Positions 7,736-18,650 of a stretch of DNA of 64,000 bases are shown here, piece by piece. The position numbers and the translations under genes are program-made. Positions within the stretch are counted from its first letter, which is position 1, and the number at the start of each line of letters is the position of its first letter. The stretch is from Candidatus Krumholzibacteriia bacterium (lineage in GTDB: Bacteria; Krumholzibacteriota; Krumholzibacteriia; JAJRXK01): positions 576,001-640,000 of the forward strand of contig JBGPIA010000001.1 in assembly GCA_041484665.1 (NCBI GenBank). The letters are read 5' to 3'. The notes below the pieces were generated by a model that had not been told where the DNA came from, did not search any database, and saw nothing but the letters and a program-made list of their open reading frames with translations.

Positions 7736-10621
7736 CTACTGTGGCCTCAACGACACCTGCACGTAGTTATCCGCGTGCAGGTAGCGCCGCGCGGCGTCCT
7801 GCAGGGTTGCCGCGTCGAGACCCTTCACCAGGTCCGCATAGGTGAGGATCTCGCCGGGGTCGAGCCCGTAGCGGTCCCGGTACATGAGCTGTGCGAGCCA
7901 GTAGCCGTTGCTGCGCAGCGACGTCTCGTAGTCGCGCCGCTGCTCCTCGCGCACCTTCGTCACGTCGCCCGCTGCCACGCCCTCCTGCTGCAGGCGCTCG
8001 ATCACGCGGAAGACCTCTTGGCTGAGCTCGTCCAGTCGATGCGGATCGCAGCCGAAGGAGACCGCGACGCGGTAGCGGGGGAAGGGGTCGCGGTCCGTGC
8101 CCGCCGAGGCCGAGACGCTGTAAGTCCCGCTGAGGTCCTCGCGTAGGACCTCGCGCAGCCGCAGCTGCAGCACGTCGGCCAGGGACTGCAGCGCGTAGCG
8201 GTTCTCCCGCTTCCATTCCAGGGGTCCGGTGAAGACGATCTGCGTCTGGCTCTTGGGCTCCTTGCCGCGCAGGACGGTCTTGCGGACGACGCCCGTGGGC
8301 GGACGGATCCCCGTATCGCGCCAGGTCTCGGCCCGCTGCAGGGCGGGCAGCCCGCCCAGCCATTGGAGGACCAGCGGCCGCACCTGATCGAGCTGGAAGC
8401 TGCCGACCAGCGCGAACGAGAACCCGCTCGCATCGGCGAAGCGGTCCTTGTAGAAGGCCAGCGCCGCGTCGAGGTCGAGGGTGGCCACCGTCTCGCTGCT
8501 CAACGGCCGCACGCGGGGGTGGTGCTGCGCCATGGTAACCGCCAGCGTGTCGGAAAAGGCCTGGTTGGGGTCGAGCGCCCTGTTGGCCACGATCGCGCCC
8601 AGGCGCTCCTTGAGCGACGCAAAGGCCTCCGGGTCGCGGCGCGGCGCGGTGAAACAGAGGTAGAGCAGCTCGAAGCACGTCTGTGCATCCGCCAGCGAGC
8701 AGCCGCCTTGCACGCCCTCGGTCAATTCGGTCACGAACGGCGAAACACGCAGGCTCCGGCCCGCCAGTCGCTTCTGCAGCTCGACCGCGCTGAATTCGCC
8801 CACCCCGCCCGCACCCACGATGGTCGTGGCAAGCTCCACGGACGGCAGCCCGTCGTCGGCTGCTAGCGATGTCCCGCCGGGGTGCAAGCCGCTGAATAAC
8901 AGCTCGTCCTGCTGGAAATCGGTCGGCTTGAGCCACACGCGCACACCGTTGCTGAGCTGCCAGCGTGTCACCCCCAGCGCGTCGTAGGCGACCTCCTCCA
9001 CGATGGTGGCCGGCGGGGGCGGTTGCGCCACCAACGCCGCCTCGTTCACCACGTCGTGATAGGGCTCGACCTCAGCGGCCGCCGCAGCGGTGAAGATGCC
9101 GCGCAGCTCGTCCTCGACGGGGACGGTCACGCCCTCCTTCTGCGGCCCGCTCTCCATCACGACGCGGCTGCTCTCGCCCAGCCAATCCCGCGACAGCGCG
9201 TTGACCTCCTCCAACGCGATGCCGGGCACGATCTGCTGGGCGAGCGCGTAGCGGTACTCGATCCCTGGTGCTGGGTCCTGCTCGAGGAAATGGTCGACGT
9301 AGGCGTCGGCGAAGACGCCGGAGTCGGTTTTCTCGCGCTCCTGCCAGCGCTGCTCCAGTCCGCGCAGCAGGCTCTTCTTGCGCCGTTCCAGCTCGGAGGC
9401 GGTGAAACCGTGCCGCTGCACGCGCGCAGCCTCCGTCAGCAGGGCCGTGAGTGCCCGCGGCAGGCCGTTGTTCTCGGCGGATGCGCTCAGGCTGAGCGAC
9501 TCGGTTCCGCGCACCAGCGACCCGCTACCGGTGAACGCGCCCAGGAACGGCGGGTCGGGCTTCTGGAGGATCTCGCCCAGGCGCGCGTTGAACATCCCGC
9601 TGTAGAGATTGTCGATCAGGTCGCGCCGGTAGTCGCCGACGGTGGCGTGGCTCTCAGCGGGGCGTTTGAGGGTGACCGTGATGCGCGAGCTGGTCGCCTC
9701 GGGATCCGTGGCGATGGCGAACAGGGTCTGGTCGTGGCCCGGGACTGGATGGTCCGGACGCTGCACGGGCGGGCGCGAGGCGGGGATGCGCCCGAAGTGT
9801 TCGCGGATCCAGCGTTCGACCTTGGCGTCGTCGAAGTCGCCCACGGCGATGACCGCCATCAGCTCGGGGCGATACCACTGGCGATAGAAGCGCACGAGCG
9901 CCTCGCGCGGGAAGGTCTCCAGGAGGTCCTTCTGACCGATGGGCAGGCGCTTGGCGTAGAGCGACCCGTGCAGCAAAACGGGGTATTGCTGGTCGAGGAT
10001 GCGCTGCCCCGCACCGCGGCGCAGCCGCCACTCCTCGATCACAACCCCGCGCTCCTTGTGCACCTCCTTGGGATCGAATCGAAGCCAGCGTGCCCAGTCT
10101 TCCAAGACCTGGAACGCCTTGGCCAGCACCGCCTGGTCGTCGGTGGGGATGGTGAGCATGTACACGGTCTCGTCGAAGCTTGTGTAGGCGTTGATGTCGG
10201 GCCCAAAACGCATGCCAGCGCGCTCCAGGTAGTCCACCAGCTGCTGTGCCTTGAAGTGCTTCGTGCCGTTGAAGGCCATGTGCTCGACGAAGTGCGCCAG
10301 CCCCTGCTGGTCGTCCTGCTCGAGGATGCTCCCGGCGTTGATCACCAGCCGCAGCTCTGCGCGTTGGCGTGGCTCGTGGTTGACGTGGATGTAGTAGCGC
10401 AGCCCGTTGGGCAGCGTCTTGAGCGTCGCCTTCGGGTCCAGGGGAAGTCGGGCCTGCAGATCGACCGCCGGAGCGCCCGCCGCGGCGTCGGATCCCGGTG
10501 CGCTCGTGGTGGTCGGCTGCGCGGTCGCGCGTGCAGCGAGCGCTCCCAGCATGGTGAACAGCGCGAGCGGCGCGAGGAACAGAGCGCGCCCACGCGGCGG
10601 CGGAATCGGGATCGGCAACAT
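7736..10621 (-). CDS. M16 zinc peptidase (PqqL-like, insulinase family)
   Basis: Signal peptide; 'LPNGLRYY', 'GLAHFVEHMAFNGT' HxxEH, 'ERGVVIEEWR', 'LSNGVRVWLKPTDF', 'LREDLSGTY'. Confidence 0.93.
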   Translation of the reverse strand: MLPIPIPPPRGRALFLAPLALFTMLGALAARATAQPTTTSAPGSDAAAGAPAVDLQARLPLDPKATLKTLPNGLRYYIHVNHEPRQRAELRLVINAGSILEQDDQQGLAHFVEHMAFNGTKHFKAQQLVDYLERAGMRFGPDINAYTSFDETVYMLTIPTDDQAVLAKAFQVLEDWARWLRFDPKEVHKERGVVIEEWRLRRGAGQRILDQQYPVLLHGSLYAKRLPIGQKDLLETFPREALVRFYRQWYRPELMAVIAVGDFDDAKVERWIREHFGRIPASRPPVQRPDHPVPGHDQTLFAIATDPEATSSRITVTLKRPAESHATVGDYRRDLIDNLYSGMFNARLGEILQKPDPPFLGAFTGSGSLVRGTESLSLSASAENNGLPRALTALLTEAARVQRHGFTASELERRKKSLLRGLEQRWQEREKTDSGVFADAYVDHFLEQDPAPGIEYRYALAQQIVPGIALEEVNALSRDWLGESSRVVMESGPQKEGVTVPVEDELRGIFTAAAAAEVEPYHDVVNEAALVAQPPPPATIVEEVAYDALGVTRWQLSNGVRVWLKPTDFQQDELLFSGLHPGGTSLAADDGLPSVELATTIVGAGGVGEFSAVELQKRLAGRSLRVSPFVTELTEGVQGGCSLADAQTCFELLYLCFTAPRRDPEAFASLKERLGAIVANRALDPNQAFSDTLAVTMAQHHPRVRPLSSETVATLDLDAALAFYKDRFADASGFSFALVGSFQLDQVRPLVLQWLGGLPALQRAETWRDTGIRPPTGVVRKTVLRGKEPKSQTQIVFTGPLEWKRENRYALQSLADVLQLRLREVLREDLSGTYSVSASAGTDRDPFPRYRVAVSFGCDPHRLDELSQEVFRVIERLQQEGVAAGDVTKVREEQRRDYETSLRSNGYWLAQLMYRDRYGLDPGEILTYADLVKGLDAATLQDAARRYLHADNYVQVSLRPQ

Positions 10622-10781
10622 CGGTGAGCGGCTCTCCGGGCCGGGCAGGGGGAGGCTGGCGGCGGCGGCAGGGAGTATAGGGGCGCCCCGCGAGCCGGTC
10701 GAACGGTTTACCCGGGGAAACGGTTGCGGTTCCGGGCTGCTGAGCGCCGCCCGGTTCGGTCACCCACGGGCACGCCCGCCG

Positions 10782-11594
10782 TCAGGGCAATCCCTCCGCG
10801 CCGTAGAACAGATGGAAGTGATGGAGCGGTCCGTGGCCGTGACCGAGCGGGAGCGCGTTGCGGATGGCTTCCGTGACGAACTCTTTGGCCTGCGCCACCG
10901 CCTCGGGGAGGGAGCGCCCTCGCGCGAGCAGCGCCGCGATCGCCGCGCTGAACGTGCACCCGGTGCCGTGCGTGCTGGAGGTCACGATGCGCTCGCAGGG
11001 CAGGACGCGCGCGCTACGGGCGTCGCAGTAGACGTCGTCGGCGTCGCCGGCACGGTGACCGCCCTTGATCACGACCGCGCGCGGGCCCAGCGCGAGCAGC
11101 TCGCGCGCGGCCGCCAGCACATCCTCGTCGCGCGGTCCGATGGGATGATCCAGCAGCACCTCCGCCTCGGGCAGGTTGGGCGTGACGATCAGCGCCAGGG
11201 GCAACAGGCGCGACCGCAACGCTCCGATGGCATCCTCGTCCAGCAGCCGCGCGCCACTCTTGGCGATCATCACCGGATCGACCACCAGCTGGTCGAGGTG
11301 GTGGCGGGCGACGGCTTGGGCCACCGCCTCGACGATGACGGCGGAGACGAGCATCCCGGTCTTCGCAGCGGCGACCTGGAAGTCCTGCGCCACCGCGTCG
11401 ATCTGCGCGGTGACCATGTCGGGCGGGATCGGGTAGATCCCGGTGACGCCTTGGGTGTTCTGCGCGGTCAGGGCCGTGATCGCGCTCGTCGCGAAGACGC
11501 CCAGCGCCGAGAAGGTCTTCAGATCGGCCTGGATCCCCGCGCCGCCACCGCTGTCGCTGCCGGCAATGCTGAGGGCTACGCTCATCGGTCGCAT
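10782..11594 (-). CDS. thiD: Hydroxymethylpyrimidine/phosphomethylpyrimidine kinase
   Basis: '[18 protein letters not shown]', 'VVDPVM', 'TPNLPEA', 'THGTGCTFS'; GGAGG 6 nt before ATG 11594. Confidence 0.95.
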   Translation of the reverse strand: MRPMSVALSIAGSDSGGGAGIQADLKTFSALGVFATSAITALTAQNTQGVTGIYPIPPDMVTAQIDAVAQDFQVAAAKTGMLVSAVIVEAVAQAVARHHLDQLVVDPVMIAKSGARLLDEDAIGALRSRLLPLALIVTPNLPEAEVLLDHPIGPRDEDVLAAARELLALGPRAVVIKGGHRAGDADDVYCDARSARVLPCERIVTSSTHGTGCTFSAAIAALLARGRSLPEAVAQAKEFVTEAIRNALPLGHGHGPLHHFHLFYGAEGLP

Positions 11595-11754
11595 GCCGCG
11601 CCTCCATCGTATGCAAGCCAGGACCAGGCGCGTGCCGCGGGCGCGCCCCCGGCCGCGTCCCGACAGGTTGGAGGGTAGACCCGCCGCGCGCAAGGCCGCT
11701 GCGATCCCCGCGGCCGGCGCGGGCCCGCGCCGCAACCTGCGGGTCGGCGCAGCC

Positions 11755-11784
11755 TTGACGCGGCGCTTCCGGCGGGCGTATCGT
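11755..11784 (+). promoter_or_regulatory. Putative sigma70 promoter of the rrf2-sulfate operon
   Basis: TTGACG (11755-11760), 18-nt spacer, TATCGT (11779-11784). Confidence 0.55.
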
Positions 11785-11819
11785 CGACTCAGTCGATCGT
11801 CTTACTAGGGTGATAGACG

Positions 11820-12284
11820 ATGCTCTCTAACAAGGCCAAGTACGCCCTGAAAGCGCTGCTGGCGCTGGCGGGACGGTACGGCGAGGGCCCGGTGCTCATC
11901 GCGCAGTTGGCCGACAGCGAGGCCATCCCGCGCAGATTCCTGGAGCAGATCCTCCTGCAGCTCAAGCAGCAGGGGATCCTCCACAGCAAGAAGGGCCGCG
12001 GCGGTGGGTACGTGCTTGCCAGGGACCCGGCGCGGATCGCCGTGGGACAGGTCGTCCGGCTGATCGACGGCCCGCTGGCTCCGGTGCCCTGCGCGAGCCA
12101 GACCGCCTACCGCAAGTGCGCCGAGTGCGTGGACGAGGAGACCTGCGGCGTCCGGATGGTGATGCGGAATGTGCGCGACGCCACGGCCGAGATCCTGGAC
12201 GGGACGTCGCTGGCGGACGTACGGCGCCAGATGGACGCTGCGCTGCGGCCGGCCAGGCGCAAGTCCCGACGCCGCGGCCCCTGA
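11820..12284 (+). CDS. Rrf2-family transcriptional regulator (CymR/IscR-like)
   Basis: 'KAKYALKAL', 'IPRRFLEQILLQLK', 'SKKGRGGGYVLAR', 'PVPCASQTAYRKCAECVDEETC'; heads the sulfate ABC operon. Confidence 0.93.
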   Translation: MLSNKAKYALKALLALAGRYGEGPVLIAQLADSEAIPRRFLEQILLQLKQQGILHSKKGRGGGYVLARDPARIAVGQVVRLIDGPLAPVPCASQTAYRKCAECVDEETCGVRMVMRNVRDATAEILDGTSLADVRRQMDAALRPARRKSRRRGP

Positions 12285-12401
12285 CGCGCACGCAGTCTGG
12301 AGGCCGCAACCACTGGCCCGGCCGAACGGCCAGCCGCACCGTTGTAGAGGTCCACACCGCCGGACGGCCGGCGCCGGGGCCGCCGACCCAAGGAGGGAGA
12401 C

Positions 12402-13544
12402 ATGCGAAGCCGACCCATCGCAGGACGCACGCGCGTGAGGCGGCGGGCGCCAGGGTTGCCCGGCACGCTCGTCGCATCGGCACTCGTGCAACCCGCGTTC
12501 GTGCTCCCTGCACTGGCGCTCACGGTCGCCTTCACGCTGGCGCTCGGCCTGGCGCTCGCGCTGGCCGGGTGCCAGACGAAGCGCGCGGCAGCGCCGGACG
12601 TCACGCTGCTGAATGTCTCCTACGACCCCACGCGCGAGCTGTACCAGGAGTACAACGCAGCGTTCGCGGCCTACTGGAAAGAGCAGACCGGCCAGATCGT
12701 GACGATGCGCCAGTCGCACGGCGGCTCGGGCAAGCAGGCGCGGGCCGTGATCGACGGGCTGGAGGCCGACGTGGTGACGCTGGCTCTGGCGTACGACGTC
12801 GACGCCATCGCCAACGCGGGGTGGATCCAGCAGGATTGGCAGCGGCGGCTGCCCAACAACAGCTCCCCGTACACCTCGACCATCGTGTTCGTCGTCCGCA
12901 AGGGCAACCCCAAGGGAATCAAGGACTGGGGCGATCTGGTCCAGCCCGGCGTGGCGGTCATCACCCCCAACCCCAAGACCTCCGGCGGAGCGCGCTGGAA
13001 CTACCTGGCGGCCTGGGGCTACGCTCTGCGGGCCAGCGGCGACGACGAGAGCAGAGCGCGCGCCTTCGTGCAGAAGCTGTTCCACAATGTTCCCGTGCTG
13101 GACTCGGGGGCGCGCGGATCGACCACGACCTTCATCGAGCGCGGGATCGGCGACGTGCTGCTGGCGTGGGAGAGCGAGGCGCTGTTGGTCGTCACCGAGC
13201 TGGGAGCGGACAAGTTCGAACTCGTGATCCCCTCGGTGAGCATCCTCGCCGAGCCGCCCGTCAGCGTCGTGGACAAGGTGGTCGACCGGCGGGGCACGCG
13301 CGCCGCCGCGCAGGCCTACCTGGAGTACCTCTACTCCCCACAGGGGCAGCAGATCGTGGCCCGCCACCATTACCGGCCGCGCAGAGCGGTCCAGGCGGAT
13401 CAGCAGTCGACGCAGCGAGCGGACCAGTTCGCCCAGCTGCAGCTGTTCACCATCGACGAGGTCTTTGGAGGATGGGCCAGGGCCCAGAGACAGCACTTCG
13501 ATGACGGCGGAACCTTCGACCAAATCTTCGAGCCGGGCCACTAG
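12402..13544 (+). CDS. sbp: Sulfate ABC transporter substrate-binding lipoprotein
   Basis: '[13 protein letters not shown]', '[24 protein letters not shown]', '[15 protein letters not shown]'; lipobox LAGC. Confidence 0.95.
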   Translation: MRSRPIAGRTRVRRRAPGLPGTLVASALVQPAFVLPALALTVAFTLALGLALALAGCQTKRAAAPDVTLLNVSYDPTRELYQEYNAAFAAYWKEQTGQIVTMRQSHGGSGKQARAVIDGLEADVVTLALAYDVDAIANAGWIQQDWQRRLPNNSSPYTSTIVFVVRKGNPKGIKDWGDLVQPGVAVITPNPKTSGGARWNYLAAWGYALRASGDDESRARAFVQKLFHNVPVLDSGARGSTTTFIERGIGDVLLAWESEALLVVTELGADKFELVIPSVSILAEPPVSVVDKVVDRRGTRAAAQAYLEYLYSPQGQQIVARHHYRPRRAVQADQQSTQRADQFAQLQLFTIDEVFGGWARAQRQHFDDGGTFDQIFEPGH

Positions 13545-14376
13545 GCCCGCGGCCACGCGCCGCGAGTCGCTTCCTGGCTTTGGGCTGACGCTGGGCTGCG
13601 TCGTGCTGCAGCTCAGCCTCGTCGTGCTGATCCCGCTGTCGATGATCGTGCTGGAAGCGTCGACCCAGAGCTGGGCGCAGCTGTGGAGCACCGTGACCAC
13701 CGCCCGGGCGCTCGCCGCCTTCCGCCTCAGCCTGGGGGCGGCGCTGGCGGCGGCGGTCGTGAACTCCGTGTTCGGCCTGCTGGTCGCCTGGGTGCTGGTG
13801 CGCTATCGCTTCCCCGGACGGCAGCTGCTCGACGCGCTGGTGGACCTGCCGTTCGCGCTGCCCACGGCGGTGGCTGGCATCGCCCTGACTGCAGTCTTCT
13901 CGGCCCACGGCTGGGTCGGGCATCCGCTGAAAGCGCTGGGGATCGACGTCGCGTACACCCCGCTGGGCGTCGCCGTCGCGCTGACGTTCATCGGGCTGCC
14001 GTTCGTGGTGCGAACCGTCCAGCCCGTGCTGGAGGACCTCCCAGCGGAGCTGGAGGAGGCCGCGATCAGCCTGGGCGCCACCCCCTGGCAGACCTTCCGG
14101 CGCGTGATCCTGCCCGAGCTCACACCAGCGCTGCGCACCGGTTTCGCGCTGGCCTTCGCCCGTGCCGTGGGCGAGTACGGATCGGTGGTGTTCATCTCGG
14201 GCAACATGCCCGGGCGCACCGAGATCACGCCGCTGCTGATCATGATCAAGCTCGAGCAGTACGATTATGCGGGCGCGGCCGCGCTGGCGTCCGTGTCGCT
14301 GCTCGCCTCGATGTCGCTGCTGCTGCTGGCGGGTTGGCTGCAGTCGCGGACGCGCATCCTTCCCATCGAGAGCTGA
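13501..14376 (+). CDS. cysT: Sulfate ABC transporter permease CysT
   Basis: 'LPGFGLTLG', '[12 protein letters not shown]', 'EEAAISLGA' EAA motif; start ATG 13501 lies inside the sbp 3' end. Confidence 0.93.
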   Translation: MTAEPSTKSSSRATRPAATRRESLPGFGLTLGCVVLQLSLVVLIPLSMIVLEASTQSWAQLWSTVTTARALAAFRLSLGAALAAAVVNSVFGLLVAWVLVRYRFPGRQLLDALVDLPFALPTAVAGIALTAVFSAHGWVGHPLKALGIDVAYTPLGVAVALTFIGLPFVVRTVQPVLEDLPAELEEAAISLGATPWQTFRRVILPELTPALRTGFALAFARAVGEYGSVVFISGNMPGRTEITPLLIMIKLEQYDYAGAAALASVSLLASMSLLLLAGWLQSRTRILPIES

Positions 14377-14391
14377 GGAAGGGAGAGGCCC

Positions 14392-15315
14392 ATGCGCGAC
14401 CTTCCTCCGCCGGCGCGGCGCGCGCCCGGCGCCGCACCGCGGCGGTGGCTGGCGCTGCGGAGAACGCGGGCAGCGCACCAGCCGCCCGCGCCGAAGCCGC
14501 CCCCCGCGCCGCGCAACGCCTCCCGCGGCCGCGGGCTGCTGATCGCAGGCGCGTGCGCATACCTCATCCTGCTGCTGGTCGTGCCGCTGGTGGTGGTCTT
14601 CTCCGAGGCGCTGCGCGACGGCTTGCGTACCTACCTGGCAGCGATCACCGAGCCCGACGCGCGCGCCGCGATCCGGCTCACGCTGCTCACGGCGGCGATC
14701 GTCGTTCCACTCAACGTCGCCTTCGGTCTGGCGGCGGCCTGGGCGATCGGCAAGCACGAATTCCCGGGCAAGCGGCTGCTGATCACGCTCATCGACCTGC
14801 CCCTGTCCGTCTCGCCGGTGGTCGCCGGGATGATCTTCCTGCTCTTGTTCGGCGCGCGCAGCGTGCTGGGCCCGTGGCTGACGGCGCACCACCTGCACAT
14901 CGTCTTCGCCGTCCCCGGGATCGTGCTGGCCACGTTGTTCGTGACGCTGCCACTGGTGGCCCGCGAGCTGATCCCACTGCTCGAAGCGCAGGGCCGTGAA
15001 GAGGAGGAGGCCGCCCTCACCCTGGGCGCCAGCGGCTGGCAGACGTTCTGGCGCGTGACGCTCCCCAACGCCCGCTGGGGCCTGCTCTACGGCGTGATCC
15101 TCTGCAACGCGCGCGCCATGGGCGAGTTCGGGGCCGTGTCGGTGGTCTCGGGGCACGTGCGGGGCGTGACGAACACCATGCCCCTGCACGTGGAGATCCT
15201 GTACAACGAGTACCATTTCTCGGCGGCCTTCGCGGTGGCCTCGCTGCTGGCCCTGCTGGCGCTGGTGACGCTGGCCGCGAAACACCTGCTGCGGCGGAAG
15301 GTGATCCGGGGATGA
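14392..15315 (+). CDS. cysW: Sulfate ABC transporter permease CysW
   Basis: '[12 protein letters not shown]', '[13 protein letters not shown]', '[17 protein letters not shown]', '[13 protein letters not shown]'. Confidence 0.94.
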   Translation: MRDLPPPARRAPGAAPRRWLALRRTRAAHQPPAPKPPPAPRNASRGRGLLIAGACAYLILLLVVPLVVVFSEALRDGLRTYLAAITEPDARAAIRLTLLTAAIVVPLNVAFGLAAAWAIGKHEFPGKRLLITLIDLPLSVSPVVAGMIFLLLFGARSVLGPWLTAHHLHIVFAVPGIVLATLFVTLPLVARELIPLLEAQGREEEEAALTLGASGWQTFWRVTLPNARWGLLYGVILCNARAMGEFGAVSVVSGHVRGVTNTMPLHVEILYNEYHFSAAFAVASLLALLALVTLAAKHLLRRKVIRG

Positions 15316-16436
15316 GCGACGCAAAAGCGGCGGCAGGCATCCGCGGCAGCGGACTGCGCATCGAGCTGCGCGACCTGAGCAAGGCGTTCGGGCCGTTCCG
15401 CGCGCTCGACCGGGTCAGCCTCTCGGTGGCGCCCGGCGAGCTCGTGGCGCTCTTGGGGCCGTCGGGCTCGGGCAAGACGACGCTGCTGCGCATCCTGGCC
15501 GGCCTGGAGCGACCCGATGCCGGCACGATCCTGTTCGACGGCCGCGACGCCATGGCGCGCAGCGCCCGCGAGCGCCGCGTGGGCTTCGTCTTCCAGCACT
15601 ACGCGTTGTTCCGCCACATGACCGTGCGCGAAAACGTGGGCTTCGGCCTGCGCGTACGGCCGCGCGGCGCCCGGCCGGCCGACTCCGAGATCCGTGCTCG
15701 CGTGGACGCGCTGCTGCAGCTGGTGCAGCTCGAGTGGCTGGCCGATCGCTATCCCTCGCAGCTGAGCGGTGGCCAGCGCCAGCGCGTGGCACTGGCGCGG
15801 GCGCTGGCGGTCGAGCCCAAGGTCCTGCTGCTGGACGAGCCGTTCGGGTCGCTGGATGCGCGCGTGCGGCAGGAGCTGCGGCGCTGGCTGCGGCGCCTGC
15901 ACGACGAGATCCACATCACCAGCGTGTTCGTCACCCACGACCAGGAGGAGGCGCTCGAGGTGGCCGACCGCGTGGTGGTAATGAACGATGGGCGCATCGA
16001 GCAGATCGGCACGCCGGAGGAGGTCTACGACCACCCGATCAACCCCTTCGTCTACAACTTCCTGGGCAACGTGAACCTGTTCCGTGGCCGGATCGAAGGC
16101 GGCAAGGCCTACATCGGCGACGTGGTGGTCGACCTGCCCGATCTGGCGCTGCCCGAGTCCGCCAACGCGCTGGTCTATCTGCGGCCGCACGAGCTGGACG
16201 TCGAGCGCCAGCCCACGGCGGGAGCCCGCTTCCACGCCCGCGTACAGCAGATCCACCGGGCCGGCCCGATGGTGAGGGTGCATCTGCTCACCGACTGGGG
16301 CGACCTGATGCAGGTGGCGATGACCCAGGAGCGCTTCCAGGCATTGCAGCTGGAGACGGGCGCCGAGGTGTTCGTGAGCGCGCGGGGGATGAAGGTGTTT
16401 CCCGACGAGCCCCCGGCGAGCGGAGCCTCGAGCTGA
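15312..16436 (+). CDS. cysA: Sulfate ABC transporter ATP-binding protein CysA
   Basis: Walker [17 protein letters not shown], 'LLLDEPF', 'VTHDQEEA', C-terminal TOBE-like domain; ATGA overlap with cysW. Confidence 0.95.
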   Translation: MSDAKAAAGIRGSGLRIELRDLSKAFGPFRALDRVSLSVAPGELVALLGPSGSGKTTLLRILAGLERPDAGTILFDGRDAMARSARERRVGFVFQHYALFRHMTVRENVGFGLRVRPRGARPADSEIRARVDALLQLVQLEWLADRYPSQLSGGQRQRVALARALAVEPKVLLLDEPFGSLDARVRQELRRWLRRLHDEIHITSVFVTHDQEEALEVADRVVVMNDGRIEQIGTPEEVYDHPINPFVYNFLGNVNLFRGRIEGGKAYIGDVVVDLPDLALPESANALVYLRPHELDVERQPTAGARFHARVQQIHRAGPMVRVHLLTDWGDLMQVAMTQERFQALQLETGAEVFVSARGMKVFPDEPPASGASS

Positions 16437-16563
16437 GCAGCGAGCGGTCCCGGCCGGGCGCCCAGTTCTCCTGCGCGTGCCTGTCCCGCCCCGAGCCCCC
16501 CGCGGCGGGCTCGGCTGTGGAGGGCAAGCCTGCGCAGGCCTCGCCTGCGCTGCGGGTTGCGCG

Positions 16564-17088
16564 TCAGCTGCCAGCGACCTTGCAAAACGTCATCCGCTCG
16601 TGGTCCTTCACCACGCCCGGGAAGCGCAGCACCTGGTTGTGCATCGCGACGTACACTCCCGGGGGGACGACCTGCACGGCCAAGAGCGCCTCGGTGAGGT
16701 TTTGCAGCGCGTCGGTATTGCGCAGCTCCCACGGCTTCATGGCGCCGGTGAGCACGATCGGCACCGTCGGCTTCTCCCCCAGCCGCCGCACCAGCAGCTC
16801 GCCGGTCAAGTGCAGGCGGTCGGTGCCATGGGTGATGATCAGCCCGTCGTGGGACTCGCAATAGGCTCCGGCGACCTTCACGATGCGCTCGTGGTCGGAC
16901 TCGGCCAGCTCGAGCGAATCCACGTTCATCACGGGGATCCGGTCGATGACCACGCCGTTGAGCACGAGCTGGCCCAGCATGATCTCCAGCACGCTGCGCT
17001 GGTTGGAGAGTGTGCCGCTGGAATCGCAGTAGGTCTTCTCGATGGTGCCGCCGGTGGACAGGATGGCGATGCGTTTGGGCTGGGCCAT
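16564..17088 (-). CDS. Short asparaginase-domain protein (N-terminal domain only, 174 aa)
   Basis: 'ILSTGGTIEKTY', 'IITHGTD', 'IVLTGAMKP', 'GVYVAMH'. Confidence 0.85.
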   Translation of the reverse strand: MAQPKRIAILSTGGTIEKTYCDSSGTLSNQRSVLEIMLGQLVLNGVVIDRIPVMNVDSLELAESDHERIVKVAGAYCESHDGLIITHGTDRLHLTGELLVRRLGEKPTVPIVLTGAMKPWELRNTDALQNLTEALLAVQVVPPGVYVAMHNQVLRFPGVVKDHERMTFCKVAGS

Positions 17089-17156
17089 GGCCGGCGGAGG
17101 ATAGCATCCCGCGCGCCAGGTCTCCAGCCTGGGCGCGCTGCCGCTCGGCCGGCCCC

Positions 17157-18608
17157 CTATCCCTTCACCACCACCAGCGGCCGCAGGCGCGCCACCTTGC
17201 GACTGATCCCGGCCGCCACCACCGCGTCCACCACGTCGGCCACGTCCTTGTAGGCGGCCGCCGTCTCCTCCTGTTGGGTGCGCAGGTTTGCGGAGCGCAC
17301 GTGGATTCCGCGGTCCTCGAGCTCGCGGGCGATGGCGCGGTGGCGCTCCTGCTTGCGCGCGGCCGTGCGGCTGAGGCGGCGGCCCGCCCCATGGCACGTG
17401 CTGCCGAACGTCAGCCGCATCGCCTCCGCCGTGCCCACCAATACGTAGCTGTAGCGCTCCATGTCACCGGGGATCAGCACCGGCTGGCCGACGTCGCGGT
17501 AGTCCGCGGGCACGTCGGCATGCCCGGCCGGGAATGCCCGCGTGGCTCCCTTGCGGTGCACGCAGACGCGGCGCGGCTTGCCGGCAATCACGTGGGTCTC
17601 GAGCTTCGCGATGTTGTGGGCGATCTCGTACACCGTGCGCGCACCAAGCTCACGCGGCGTGATCTCCAACGCGGCGCAGAGCGCCTTGACGGCACGGCCG
17701 GCCAGGATCTGGCGGTTCGCGAACGCGAAGTTCACGGCGGCATTCATCGCGCCCAGATAAGCGCGGCCCTCGGGCGATTCGAGCGGCACGCAGCACAGCT
17801 GGCGGTCAGGCACCTGGATGCGATGACGCACCATGGCCGGCTCCATGGTCTTGAGGAAATCCGTGCACACCTGATGCCCGAGCCCGCGGCTGCCGCTGTG
17901 CAACAGCAGCGTCACCTGCCCCACGCGCAGCCCGAAGGCGCGCGCTGCCTCCTGGTCGTAGAGCTCGTCGACCACCCCCACCTCCATGAAATGATTGCCC
18001 GAGCCCAGCGTACCGAGCTGGTCCTTGCCACGCTCCAGCGCCCGCGCGCTGACCTGTGCGGGGTCGGCGCCGCCCATGCAGCCCTGCTCCTCGACGTGCT
18101 CGATGTCCGCGCGATCGCCGAAGCCGCGCTCCACGGCCCAGGCAGCGCCGCGCGCGAGCACGGCCTGTAGCTCGTGGGGAGCGGCACGCACGTCCCCGCC
18201 GCGCCCGACGCCGCAGGGGACGTGGGCGTAGAGCAGGTCGGCAATGTGGGGCAGGCGCGCGCGGATGTCGCTCTCCTGCAGGGCGAACGCGAGCAGTCGC
18301 ACGCCGCAGTTGATGTCGTAGCCGACCCCGCCGGGGCTGATCACACCGCGCTCGGCGTCGGTGGCGGCGACCCCGCCGATGGGAAAACCGTAGCCCATGT
18401 GCACGTCGGGCATGGCCCACACGCTGCCCAGAGCGCCGGGCAGCGTGGCGACGTTGCGCAGCTGCTCGAGCGACTCGCGGTCCTCGCGGATCGCGTCGAG
18501 CATGCCGTGGGTGGCGATGAAGCGCGCGGGGACGCGCCCGTCCGCGCGGCTCTCCAGCTCCCAGATCGCCTCTCCGGCCGGCCGGATCTTGAGGAACTGC
18601 GTCGCCAT
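17157..18608 (-). CDS. rtcB: RNA-splicing/repair ligase RtcB (archaeal-like long form)
   Basis: 'MPDVHMGYGFPIGGV', 'GYDINCG', 'GTLGSGNHF', 'HSGSRG', 'HNIAK', 'HRKGAT', 'STCHGAGR', 'AYKDV'. Confidence 0.96.
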   Translation of the reverse strand: MATQFLKIRPAGEAIWELESRADGRVPARFIATHGMLDAIREDRESLEQLRNVATLPGALGSVWAMPDVHMGYGFPIGGVAATDAERGVISPGGVGYDINCGVRLLAFALQESDIRARLPHIADLLYAHVPCGVGRGGDVRAAPHELQAVLARGAAWAVERGFGDRADIEHVEEQGCMGGADPAQVSARALERGKDQLGTLGSGNHFMEVGVVDELYDQEAARAFGLRVGQVTLLLHSGSRGLGHQVCTDFLKTMEPAMVRHRIQVPDRQLCCVPLESPEGRAYLGAMNAAVNFAFANRQILAGRAVKALCAALEITPRELGARTVYEIAHNIAKLETHVIAGKPRRVCVHRKGATRAFPAGHADVPADYRDVGQPVLIPGDMERYSYVLVGTAEAMRLTFGSTCHGAGRRLSRTAARKQERHRAIARELEDRGIHVRSANLRTQQEETAAAYKDVADVVDAVVAAGISRKVARLRPLVVVKG

Positions 18609-18650
18609 GAACGCCTCGCGCGCGTGCGCCCGTGCTCGCGATGAAGGGGG

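Noticed and set aside
11595..11819. TPP riboswitch upstream of thiD
   Set aside because: No CUGAGA or downstream conserved TPP core on the minus strand.
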